A program made the translations under genes and the position numbers. A model generated the notes under the pieces. The model was not told where the DNA came from. It searched no databases and worked only from the letters and a program-made list of their open reading frames with translations. Shown here piece by piece: positions 30,963 to 40,046 of a stretch of 64,000 bases of DNA. Origin of the DNA: Actinomycetes bacterium (GTDB lineage: Bacteria; Actinomycetota; Acidimicrobiia; Acidimicrobiales; RAAP-2); NCBI GenBank assembly GCA_021793395.1, contig JAJYSU010000006.1, positions 1,534 through 65,533 of the forward strand. The letters run 5' to 3'. How positions within the stretch are numbered: the first letter of the stretch is position 1; each line of letters begins with the position of its first letter.

Positions 30963-32689
30963 CCCGTCTGATGCGCACGTTCCTGCGCCCCTACGCCGGA
31001 CGCATTACCGTGCTCGTCCTGCTCCTGGTCGCCCAGACCGCGGGCAACCTGTACTTGCCCAACCTCAACGCCGACATCATCGACGGCGGTGTGGTCACGG
31101 GCAACCTGCACTACATCCTGCGCACGGGTCTGTGGATGCTGATCCTGACCTTCGCCATCGGTGTGTTCGCGATTATCGGCGTCTACTGGGCGTCGCGCGT
31201 CTCCATGGGCGCCGGCGCGGACATCCGTCAAGCGATCTTCACCCGCGTCCAAAACTTCTCCGCCCGCGACATGAACAGCTTCGGCACCGCGTCCCTGATC
31301 ACCCGCAACACCAACGACGTCCAGCAAATCCAGATCTTCCTCCAGATGGCCCTCACCATGATGGTCATCGCGCCCATCATGTCGGTGGGTGGCGTCATCA
31401 TGGCGATCCACGAGGGCGCCACGCTGTCAACCCTGCTCCTCGTCGTGGTACCCATCATGGCGATCTTCATCGGGATCGTCATGATCCGCGTCATCCCGCA
31501 GTTCCGCTCCATGCAGCGCAAGATCGACCGCATCAATCAGGTCCTCCGCGAGCAAATCACCGGCGTGCGCGTCATCCGCGCCTTCGTACGCAACGACGCC
31601 GAAGCGGAACGCTTCGGCGTCGCCAACGCCGACCTCACGGCCACCGCCCTCAATGTCAACCGCGTCTTCGCCCTGGCCATGCCCGTCATGATGATGATCC
31701 TGAACCTGTCGAGCGTCGCCGTGGTCTGGTTCGGCGGGCGCCTGGTCAGCGAGAACGTCATGCCGATCGGCAACCTCACCGCGTTCCTGACCTACATTCT
31801 GCAGATCCTGATCTCGGTGATGATGGCCGTGATGGTCGCCATCCTCCTCCCGCGGGCGGCGGCCAGCGCCGAGCGCATTGAGCAGGTCCTCGACACGGCA
31901 CCCGCGGTGAGCGATCCCCCCTCGCCGGTGACGCCGTCGCGCCACGACGGACTCGTGCGCCTCGACGGGGTCTCCTTCGCCTACCCGGGCAGCGAGCGCC
32001 CGGTGCTCGACTCGCTGCGCGTGGACTTCGAACCCGGCCAGACGAACGCCATCATCGGGGGAACCGGAAGCGGCAAGACGACGCTGCTCAACCTGATACC
32101 GCGCTTCTTCGACGTGACGGCGGGGGCGGTCCTCGTCAACGGCGTCGACGTGCGCGACCAGGAACTCGAAACCCTGTGGGCGACGATCGGCCTCGTCCCG
32201 CAGGCCGCCTACCTCTTCAGTGGCACGGTGGCGAGCAATCTTCGCTTCGGGCGACCCGACGCCACCGACGCGGAACTATGGCGCGCCCTGGAGATCGCCC
32301 AAGCCCGCGACTTCGTCGCCTCCATGACCGGGGGTCTCGATGCCCCCATCGACCAGGGCGGTACCAACGTCTCGGGCGGACAGCGCCAGCGCCTGTCCAT
32401 CGCGCGCGCGTTGGTGAAGAAACCTTCGGTCTACCTCTTCGACGACTGTTTCTCCGCTCTCGACGCGGCGACCGACGCCCGTTTGCGCGAAGCACTGCAC
32501 GAGGAGGTGAGCGACGCCACCGTCGTCATCGTCGCCCAGCGCGTGAGCACGATCATGCACGCCGAGCGCATCGTCGTACTCGACGACGGTCGCATCGTCG
32601 GCGTCGGCACCCATGAGGCCCTTCTGAACAGTTGTGACCCGTATCGCGAGATCGTCATCTCCCAGCTCGGGGAGCAGGCCGCCCGATGA
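30956..32689 (+). CDS. ABC exporter, TMD+NBD subunit 1
   Basis: SLITRNTNDVQQ, GGTGSGKT, NVSGGQRQRL, degenerate Walker B YLFDD. Confidence 0.93.
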   Translation: MLTRLMRTFLRPYAGRITVLVLLLVAQTAGNLYLPNLNADIIDGGVVTGNLHYILRTGLWMLILTFAIGVFAIIGVYWASRVSMGAGADIRQAIFTRVQNFSARDMNSFGTASLITRNTNDVQQIQIFLQMALTMMVIAPIMSVGGVIMAIHEGATLSTLLLVVVPIMAIFIGIVMIRVIPQFRSMQRKIDRINQVLREQITGVRVIRAFVRNDAEAERFGVANADLTATALNVNRVFALAMPVMMMILNLSSVAVVWFGGRLVSENVMPIGNLTAFLTYILQILISVMMAVMVAILLPRAAASAERIEQVLDTAPAVSDPPSPVTPSRHDGLVRLDGVSFAYPGSERPVLDSLRVDFEPGQTNAIIGGTGSGKTTLLNLIPRFFDVTAGAVLVNGVDVRDQELETLWATIGLVPQAAYLFSGTVASNLRFGRPDATDAELWRALEIAQARDFVASMTGGLDAPIDQGGTNVSGGQRQRLSIARALVKKPSVYLFDDCFSALDAATDARLREALHEEVSDATVVIVAQRVSTIMHAERIVVLDDGRIVGVGTHEALLNSCDPYREIVISQLGEQAAR

Positions 32690-34614
32690 GCATGGGACCG
32701 ATGGGAGCCATGCGCGGCGCCGGCGCGGCACCGCCGCGGCGCAGCCGTGACCTACGCACCACCAGCCGACGCCTGCTGAGGCTACTCCGGCCCGATCGCG
32801 CGAAACTTTTCGCCGCCCTCATTCTGGGCGTGGCCTCCGTGGCGTTCATGGTATCGGGCCCCCAGATCCTCGGCAACGCCACCAACGTCCTGTTCAACGG
32901 GCTCATCTCCAAGAAGTTGCCACTCGGCATGACCAAGGCGCAGGCCCTCGAGTATCTGCGCCTGCACGGCCACTCCCAGATCGCCGCCATGGTGTCGGGC
33001 ATGAACGTGATCCCGGGTACCGGGGTGAACGTGGGCGAACTGGGCCGGGTTCTGGGCGCCGCCGCCCTCGTCTACCTCGGCGGCGCCGCCTTCAACTACT
33101 TCCAGGGCTACACGATGGCCGGCATCACCCAACGCGTCATGGCGGCCATGCGCCGCGACGTCGAGGAGAAGTTGCGTCGCCTGCCGTTGCGCTACTTCGA
33201 CAGCCACCCCCACGGCGACGTCCTTAGTCGCGTCACCAACGACATCGACAACCTGACGACCACGATCCAGCAGGGACTGAGCCAGCTGCTCACCTCGGTA
33301 CTCACGGTCATCGGCGTGCTCGCCATGATGTTCTGGATCTCCCCCCTACTCGCCGCGGTCGCCGCGGTCACGGTCCCCGTCGCTATCGCGATCACCGCCT
33401 TCATCGCACGTCGCTCCCAGACCCAGTTTGCGGCCCAGTGGGAACGCACGGGCACCCTGAACGGACTGGTCGAGGAGACCCACAGCGGTCACGAGCTGGT
33501 CCAGGCCTTCGGACGGCGCCGCGCGACGGTCGCGGAGTTCACGTCCCAGAACCAGCGCCTGCTGGAGTCAAGCTTCCGGGCGCAGTTCCTGTCGGGGATC
33601 ATCCAGCCGTCGATCCAACTCGTCACCAACATGAACTACGTCATCATCGCGGTCGTCGGCGGCTACCGCGTCGCGTCCGGGCTGCTGTCGCTGGGTGCGG
33701 TCATCGCCTTCATCCAGTACTCGCGCCAGTTCACCATGCCCCTCACGCAGATCGCGGGGCAGATGAACATGCTCCAGTCGGGCCTGGCCTCGGCCGAGCG
33801 CGTCTTCGAGTTCCTCGACGCCGAGGAGGAGACGCCCGAGATCACCGCGGCCCTCACGGCGCCCGCGCCGGCGCGTGGTGGACAACTCACCCTCGAGCAC
33901 GTCTCGTTCCGCTACGAGCCGGATGAGCCGCTCATCGACGACTTCACCCTCGACGTGGCGCCCGGCGAAACGGTGGCCCTGGTGGGTCCCACGGGGGCCG
34001 GCAAGACGACCATGGTGAACCTACTGGTGCGCTTCTACGAGATCACCGCCGGACGAATCCTGCTCAACGGCGTCGACTACCGCGACCTCACCCGCGACGA
34101 GGTTCGTCGTGCCTTTGGGATGGTGCTCCAGGACACCTGGGTGTTCACCGGCTCGATTCGCGACAACATTGCCTACGGACGACCCGACGCGTCCTTCGAC
34201 GACGTCGTAGCCGCCGCGGTCGCCGCGCACGTCGACAACTTCGTGCGCACCCTCCCCGACGGCTACGACACGATCCTGGACGAGGACGCCTCCAACCTCT
34301 CCTCGGGCCAGAAACAGTTGCTCACAATCGCCCGGGCCTTCCTCGCCGACCAGAGCATTCTGATCCTCGACGAGGCCACGAGCAACGTGGACACCCGAAC
34401 CGAGGTGCTGATCCAGGAGGCAATGGCCCGCTTGCGCGAGGGACGCACCAGCTTCGTCATCGCCCACCGGCTCTCCACCATCCGCCACGCCCACGTCATC
34501 CTCGTCATGGATCACGGTCGCATCATCGAGCAGGGCGACCACGACGAATTGATGGCCCGTCAGGGTCTCTACTACTCGCTCTACAACAGTCAGTTCGCCG
34601 GCGCCGAGATCTAG
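32686..34614 (+). CDS. ABC exporter, TMD+NBD subunit 2
   Basis: GDVLSRVTNDID, GPTGAGKT, LSSGQKQLL, ILDEATS, IAHRLSTI; forms a heterodimeric multidrug-type pair with subunit 1. Confidence 0.93.
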   Translation: MSMGPMGAMRGAGAAPPRRSRDLRTTSRRLLRLLRPDRAKLFAALILGVASVAFMVSGPQILGNATNVLFNGLISKKLPLGMTKAQALEYLRLHGHSQIAAMVSGMNVIPGTGVNVGELGRVLGAAALVYLGGAAFNYFQGYTMAGITQRVMAAMRRDVEEKLRRLPLRYFDSHPHGDVLSRVTNDIDNLTTTIQQGLSQLLTSVLTVIGVLAMMFWISPLLAAVAAVTVPVAIAITAFIARRSQTQFAAQWERTGTLNGLVEETHSGHELVQAFGRRRATVAEFTSQNQRLLESSFRAQFLSGIIQPSIQLVTNMNYVIIAVVGGYRVASGLLSLGAVIAFIQYSRQFTMPLTQIAGQMNMLQSGLASAERVFEFLDAEEETPEITAALTAPAPARGGQLTLEHVSFRYEPDEPLIDDFTLDVAPGETVALVGPTGAGKTTMVNLLVRFYEITAGRILLNGVDYRDLTRDEVRRAFGMVLQDTWVFTGSIRDNIAYGRPDASFDDVVAAAVAAHVDNFVRTLPDGYDTILDEDASNLSSGQKQLLTIARAFLADQSILILDEATSNVDTRTEVLIQEAMARLREGRTSFVIAHRLSTIRHAHVILVMDHGRIIEQGDHDELMARQGLYYSLYNSQFAGAEI

Positions 34615-35519
34615 GTCACGGGCGGCAGCGCGCGGTCGAGGAGACGCCGCGCTCGCGTCAGGTCCCCGCTCGCCGACGCCATCTCCGCCCACGGGTCCGG
34701 GGCGTTGAGCCGGTCGCGCACGCGCGACCACGTCCACGTCGTGGGCGTCGTCTCCGCGAGCTCGGACCAGTCCAGGGGGATCGCCACCGGCGCTCCCGGT
34801 CGCGCGCGCAACGAGTACGGCGCCACCGAGGTCTGGGCGTAGCCGTTGCGCAGGTAGTCGATGAAGAGCCGCCCCCCGCGCCGCGCGCGTGCGAGCTGCA
34901 CCGTTCGCTCGTCGGGATCTTCGGCGACCACGACACTCGCCACCGCGCGCGCCACGGCTCGGACCTCGTCGAACGTGCGGCGACGAAGTAGTGGGACCAC
35001 GACGTGGTAGCCCCGCGAACCGGTCGTCATCAGGAAGGGCCTCAGACCGAGCGACACCAGCGCGTCGTGCAGCGAGCGCGCCGTCGCGCGCAGCGCGTCG
35101 ATCGACGTCTCCTCGGACGGGTCGAGGTCCAGGACCATCCGGTCCGGGTGCGTGAGGTCGTCGCGCGTCGCCAACCACGGGTGTAACTCGACGCAGTCCC
35201 ACGTCGCCAGGAACACGAGCGTAGCTTCGTCGTTGCCCACCACGTGGGTGACGGTTCCGCCCTGCTTTCCCACCACCACGCGCGTCACCCACGACGGGAG
35301 CGACGCATCCACGTCGTGCTGGATGAAGCCCGGCGCGGATACCCCGTCGGGGTAGCGGTGCAGGACCAGCGGCCGATCACGCACGAGCGGCAACAGCCGC
35401 GGCGCTACCGCCCGGTAGAAGTCGATGAGATCGCCCTTAGTGAGCGCAACGTCCGTAAAGAGGACCTTGTCGGGGTGGGCGACGGTGATCGATCGGTTCT
35501 CGACGCGCACCACCGCCAT
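34611..35519 (-). CDS. Stand-alone LigD-type primase-polymerase (PolDom) protein
   Basis: HPDKVLF, RPLVLHRYPDG, PDRMVLDLDP, TTGSRGYHV, FIDYLRN, APYSLRAR. Confidence 0.88.
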   Translation of the reverse strand: MAVVRVENRSITVAHPDKVLFTDVALTKGDLIDFYRAVAPRLLPLVRDRPLVLHRYPDGVSAPGFIQHDVDASLPSWVTRVVVGKQGGTVTHVVGNDEATLVFLATWDCVELHPWLATRDDLTHPDRMVLDLDPSEETSIDALRATARSLHDALVSLGLRPFLMTTGSRGYHVVVPLLRRRTFDEVRAVARAVASVVVAEDPDERTVQLARARRGGRLFIDYLRNGYAQTSVAPYSLRARPGAPVAIPLDWSELAETTPTTWTWSRVRDRLNAPDPWAEMASASGDLTRARRLLDRALPPVT

Positions 35520-35529
35520 CGGTCGCCCC

Positions 35530-36357
35530 TCAGTCGTCGGCCAACACCGGCGACTCTCGACGCCGCGGTCGCGGGATGATCGCCGGCACGCGACGCTGGT
35601 AGAGCGCGTACTCGGGGTAGCGAGAAAGCGAGATGCTCTCAGTAAAACGGGTCGAGCCAACGAACAGCGCGCTGAGCAGCACCGGCCCCAGCAGGATCCC
35701 TGCCTCAACGGAACCCGCCGCGACGGCCCCCATCACGAAGAACAGCCACCACTGCGCCAGCTCGAAGAAGTAGTTGGGGTGACGCGAGTAGGCGAAGAGG
35801 CCCGTCTGGGCGAAGTTCTCGGCGGGCGCCACTCCCCGCTCGCGCAGCTGGCGCTTGCGCTCGTGAAAGTTCCACTGCTGCTGATCGGCCAGAGTCTCAC
35901 CCACGGTGCACGCCACGAACAGCACCGCCACGGCGAGGTCCCACACGCCGTACCCACCGCGCCCCCGGTGCTGGTACGCACCGAGGGCCGGCAGCGTGAT
36001 GAGCACCAGCAGCGCGTTCTGGTACAGCGAGATGAAGAAGAAGTTGAACAGTGCGAAGACCGGGCGGCTCATCGACTCGCGCAGCACCGCCCACCGGTAG
36101 TCCTCGACGCCCCGGTAGCCGCCACGACGGGCGAAGTTGAAGGTGAGCCGCACGCCCCAGAGTGTGACGACGCCGGCCATGACGTCAAGGCGAGCGTCGG
36201 TGAGGTGCGCCGCCCCTGCGAAGATCCACACGTAGACCACGGGGACGATCGACCACAGGCGGTCAACCCACGACGTGTCCCCCGTCACCAGCGACGCCAC
36301 CCACGACAGTAACGCCGACGCCGACGCGACGACGACGACGATCCCGAGCGGTCCCAC
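35530..36357 (-). CDS. DUF1295 membrane protein
   Basis: SWVDRLWS, EDYRW, ADQQQWNF, GLFAYSRHPNYFFE. Confidence 0.88.
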   Translation of the reverse strand: MGPLGIVVVVASASALLSWVASLVTGDTSWVDRLWSIVPVVYVWIFAGAAHLTDARLDVMAGVVTLWGVRLTFNFARRGGYRGVEDYRWAVLRESMSRPVFALFNFFFISLYQNALLVLITLPALGAYQHRGRGGYGVWDLAVAVLFVACTVGETLADQQQWNFHERKRQLRERGVAPAENFAQTGLFAYSRHPNYFFELAQWWLFFVMGAVAAGSVEAGILLGPVLLSALFVGSTRFTESISLSRYPEYALYQRRVPAIIPRPRRRESPVLADD

Positions 36358-36438
36358 GAGCCGATCCTACCGAGCCACGCCCCAGTGGCGGCCCGTGACG
36401 ACGATCGGTAACCTCGAGATAACAGTCAAGGAGCCGAC

Positions 36439-37221
36439 ATGGACACCGAGTTGCGTACCCTCACCGTCGAGCGATCCGACACGACGGTCACCATCACTCT
36501 CAATCGCCCGGCGCAGCGCAACGCCCTCACCGCGGAGATGATCGGCGAGTTGCACCGCACGCTGGATGAGGTGGGCGAGAGTGACGCCCTGGCGGTGGTG
36601 CTCGCGGCCAACGGGCCGGTGTACTGCGCGGGCCACGACTTCGCCGAGATGTACCACCAGGACCTCATGAGTGTGCGCCGGCTCTTCGCGTCGTGCGCCG
36701 CGATGATGGAGACGATGCAGCAGATCCCCCAGCCGGTGATCGCACGGGTCCACGCCCTGGCCACCGGGGCCGGCTGCCAGCTCGTCGCCACCGCCGACCT
36801 GGCGGTCGCGTCCCACGGCGCTAGTTTTGCCACGCCCGGGGGCAAGGGCGGACTATTTTGCACGACGCCCCTCGTCGCGGTGGGGCGCAACATCGCTCGC
36901 AAGCGAGCACTCGAGATGGGGCTGAGCGGCGACGCCATTGACGCCCGTACCGCCTACGAGTGGGGGCTCATCAACGACGTGGTGGACGAGAACGAACTGG
37001 TGGCCGCCACCGACGCGCTCGTCTCGCGCGTTACTCGCGGCAGCGTCGCGTCACGCGCCATCGGCAAACGGGCCTTCTACGCCCAGATCGGCCTCGACCA
37101 GCACGCCGCGTACGACCTGGCCAACGAGGTCATGGCCGCGGCGAGCCTCATCGACGACGCGCAGGAGGGCATCGCCGCGTTTTTGGAGAAGCGCCCCGCG
37201 GTGTGGACGCGCGGAGCGTGA
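36439..37221 (+). CDS. Enoyl-CoA hydratase/isomerase family protein
   Basis: LNRPAQRNAL, YCAGHDF, ATGAGCQL, EGIAAFLEKR; SD AAGGAG. Confidence 0.92.
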   Translation: MDTELRTLTVERSDTTVTITLNRPAQRNALTAEMIGELHRTLDEVGESDALAVVLAANGPVYCAGHDFAEMYHQDLMSVRRLFASCAAMMETMQQIPQPVIARVHALATGAGCQLVATADLAVASHGASFATPGGKGGLFCTTPLVAVGRNIARKRALEMGLSGDAIDARTAYEWGLINDVVDENELVAATDALVSRVTRGSVASRAIGKRAFYAQIGLDQHAAYDLANEVMAAASLIDDAQEGIAAFLEKRPAVWTRGA

Positions 37222-37256
37222 CTCCCCGCGCCGCCGACGACGGCGCGGGGAGTCAC
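37218..37256. terminator. 16-bp-stem hairpin between convergent genes
   Basis: GTGACTCCCCGCGCCG-CCGACGA-CGGCGCGGGGAGTCAC; no U-tract. Confidence 0.7.
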
Positions 37257-37259
37257 CCG

Positions 37260-38717
37260 TCACGACAACGGTGGCTGGGTCAACGAGTACGACGCGCTCG
37301 GAGCGAGCGAGTGCATCAAGCCCGTCACGATCGGCGTCCCCAGGCCCGTGGGTAGGTCGTAGCCGGTACCCGCGGAGTAGCCGGCCGAGTCGGTCGACGG
37401 GAAGTTGTTCGTCCCCACGCTCACGTCGTGGAAGTCCGCGGCGTACACCTTGGGCTTGCTCGCCAGCGAGTACAGCGTCGGGTTCATAGCCCCGAGTGAA
37501 GTGCCCGCGGCCTGGTCGAGGTCAGCGGTGATAGCCGCCCAACTGGGCGACGCCTCGCTGGTGCCCCCGAAGAAGTAAAAGCCGTTGTTGGCGCCGCCCA
37601 AAAAGCCCAGGTAGATCAGCGTGGCGGTGTAGACCGACGCGTTGAACGACACGTCCGAGGTCGTACGCATCGACATGCCGTTGACGCTGCTCTGGTACGA
37701 CGGGGTGGTGAATACCGAACTCGGCGCTCCCCCGGTCGCCCCGAACACACCGTCGGTGCAACCGAAGGGGCACGTGCTCGAATTCGCGTCGTTCCACGCG
37801 TACTCGCTCACGTAGGTCCCGTTCGTCGATGACCCCGACGACGACTTTCCCTTGGCGGACGAGGCGCTGTCGGCCTTGACGAACAGGTCCGTCCCACCGG
37901 TGGCGGTGACGTGCGGGTCCGACGCCGGGAACAGGGCGTTGGCCGTGGCGTACCCATTACTCGCGCCGCTGTCACCCGACGAGGCGAACACGCTCATACC
38001 CTGAGCGGTCGCCTGCTGAAAGATCGCGTCGGCCTGCTGCAACTGCAAGTTGTTGCCGCCGCCGGCGATCGCCGCCTCGGGGGCTCCGAAGCTCATCGAC
38101 ATGACGTTGCCCAGATGATTCGTGACGGCGTAGTTCTCCGCGACGTTGAGGTCGTTGCCGTTGGGCGAGGCCGCCACGATCAAATTGATCGTGGCTCCCG
38201 GAGCCAGCGCGTGCGCGGTCTGCACGTCGAGACTGGTCTCCTCCGCCCATCCGGTCTCACCGGCGTGCTGGAGCGGGTTGTACGTGGGCTGACCACTCGG
38301 GTAGTACACGTGCAGGGTCGCCGGCGGCAGGTTAAAAGCCGCGTCGAACGTGGCTAGGTCCGACGCCACGGTCGGACTACCGTACGCGTCGATGATGGCA
38401 ATCTGCTCACCGGTACCCGCGAGCGACCCGTTGATGGTCCACGGGATCTGGTACGCGGTGTGAAATATCTGCGGGTCGTAGCACGCCAGTCCGACCTGGG
38501 CGATGCACTGACCGGGTGTCAGCCCCGCGACCGACGTCGAACTCGTCGCCTGCACGGCGATCGGGTGCACGGCGTAGACGATCGTGGACGAATTCCCGCT
38601 CGTCGCCGCGCTGCTCGAGGAGCCAAGGATGAGCGGACTCACCACCAGTACCCCGGCGGCGGCGGCGATTCCCAGGTGACGATAACGATGACGCCACCCC
38701 CCACGTGAAGTAGACAT
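37260..38717 (-). CDS. Secreted S53 (sedolisin/kumamolisin-like) peptidase
   Basis: Signal peptide; EETSLD (E-x3-D), SSGDSG, GGTSEASP, DLPTGLGTP; SD GAGGGG. Confidence 0.9.
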   Translation of the reverse strand: MSTSRGGWRHRYRHLGIAAAAGVLVVSPLILGSSSSAATSGNSSTIVYAVHPIAVQATSSTSVAGLTPGQCIAQVGLACYDPQIFHTAYQIPWTINGSLAGTGEQIAIIDAYGSPTVASDLATFDAAFNLPPATLHVYYPSGQPTYNPLQHAGETGWAEETSLDVQTAHALAPGATINLIVAASPNGNDLNVAENYAVTNHLGNVMSMSFGAPEAAIAGGGNNLQLQQADAIFQQATAQGMSVFASSGDSGASNGYATANALFPASDPHVTATGGTDLFVKADSASSAKGKSSSGSSTNGTYVSEYAWNDANSSTCPFGCTDGVFGATGGAPSSVFTTPSYQSSVNGMSMRTTSDVSFNASVYTATLIYLGFLGGANNGFYFFGGTSEASPSWAAITADLDQAAGTSLGAMNPTLYSLASKPKVYAADFHDVSVGTNNFPSTDSAGYSAGTGYDLPTGLGTPIVTGLMHSLAPSASYSLTQPPLS

Positions 38718-38813
38718 AATAATCCCCCTCATCAGCGTCGGAACCTCCGACGAGCCCATCGTAGGTGACGAGACGTGGCGTGTCGAGGGGTATGCCGGTC
38801 GTCGGCGAACCCG

Positions 38814-39998
38814 CTAGCCAGCGGGCGTCGTGGTCGCCGACGGCGTCGTGGTCGCGCTCGGCGTGACGACGAAGGGCGCGTTGTTGGGGTAGATCTCGAC
38901 CCAGGTTCGCCCCGGCGCCAGGGTGATGACGTGGCCGGCCGCGTTGCGAAACACCGTCGGACTACCGGCACTTCCGGCACTCCAGGTCCCCGTGATCATC
39001 CTCCCGTTACGAAAGACGTAGGCCTTGCCCGAGTTGTTCAGAATGTGCGACTCGGCCTCGAGACCGCCCTGGGAGTTCTCCACCCACGGACCGTAGGTGA
39101 TGGTCACGTCCTGGACGATCACGTTCTGCGCCTGGTTCTGGACGCCGTCGGTGAGGACGTCGGGCTGGATCACCGGCGCCGACGCGCTGCCTACGTTGTA
39201 GAAGCGCAGCCACGTGCCCGTCGCCCGATTCCAGCGCCAGTAGATGTCCGAGGTCGCCGACCAGTCCAGGTGGATCTGGGACACCGACTCACCGGGCTGG
39301 GGCAGGCGGGAGTACGAGAAGATGGGCGACGGTGGCGTCGTCAGGTGCGACTCCTGCGCCCAGACCGCCTGGGTCGTGGTGTAGGTGTCGTAGGGGGCGT
39401 AGCGGCCGGCCGGGTGCACCTCGAGCTGCGGGTTGAACATGAGATCCACGTTGACCAGGTTCGAGGCGTTCACCAACGCCAACACTGGATTGATCCCGCC
39501 GACGTGCACGAAGAGCGGGTGACCGAGCTGGGAGAGCATCTGAATGTCCGTCCAGCGAGCACTACGGATGGGGCCGACGAGCGCGGGTGCGTTACGGCAC
39601 TGGAAGACCGCGGCGTAGCGGGTGATGGATCCCTCCACCTGCTCCTCGAAGATGATGTCCGCGTAGTCCAGCCCACTCTGGGGTCGTGCCTCGGCGGGGG
39701 CGGGTCCGAGCGAGTAGTTGTCCACCTTCATGGCGAGCGCCGGTCGCTGGGGCACCACACCACCCGGGGCGGGCGTGCCGGTTAACGGACAGAGCGCCAC
39801 CGCAGGAGCGGTCGTCGAGGTTGGAGTTGCGGTCGTGGGCGTCGAGGATGAGGACGAGGGACCCGAGCCGCAGGCACTGAGCAGAGCACCGGACAACGCG
39901 AGCAACCCCACCATTGTCGCGACGCGCCGCGGCGACGACCCTCCGGTGAGCGAAACGGCGCGACGCACGACACGAGTCCGTGGAGAGGATTTTGGCAC
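38814..39998 (-). CDS. DUF3048 lipoprotein
   Basis: Lipobox LLSAC; MKVDN, ARPQSGL, VEGSITR, GPIRSAR. Confidence 0.85.
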   Translation of the reverse strand: MPKSSPRTRVVRRAVSLTGGSSPRRVATMVGLLALSGALLSACGSGPSSSSSTPTTATPTSTTAPAVALCPLTGTPAPGGVVPQRPALAMKVDNYSLGPAPAEARPQSGLDYADIIFEEQVEGSITRYAAVFQCRNAPALVGPIRSARWTDIQMLSQLGHPLFVHVGGINPVLALVNASNLVNVDLMFNPQLEVHPAGRYAPYDTYTTTQAVWAQESHLTTPPSPIFSYSRLPQPGESVSQIHLDWSATSDIYWRWNRATGTWLRFYNVGSASAPVIQPDVLTDGVQNQAQNVIVQDVTITYGPWVENSQGGLEAESHILNNSGKAYVFRNGRMITGTWSAGSAGSPTVFRNAAGHVITLAPGRTWVEIYPNNAPFVVTPSATTTPSATTTPAG

Positions 39999-40046
39999 CC
40001 CGCCATTGTGTCACCGCGCGGCCCCGCGCCGGTGACACCCACGTAC

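Noticed and set aside
34611-34614. Shared CTAG convergent stop overlap
   Set aside because: A common compact arrangement with no special significance.
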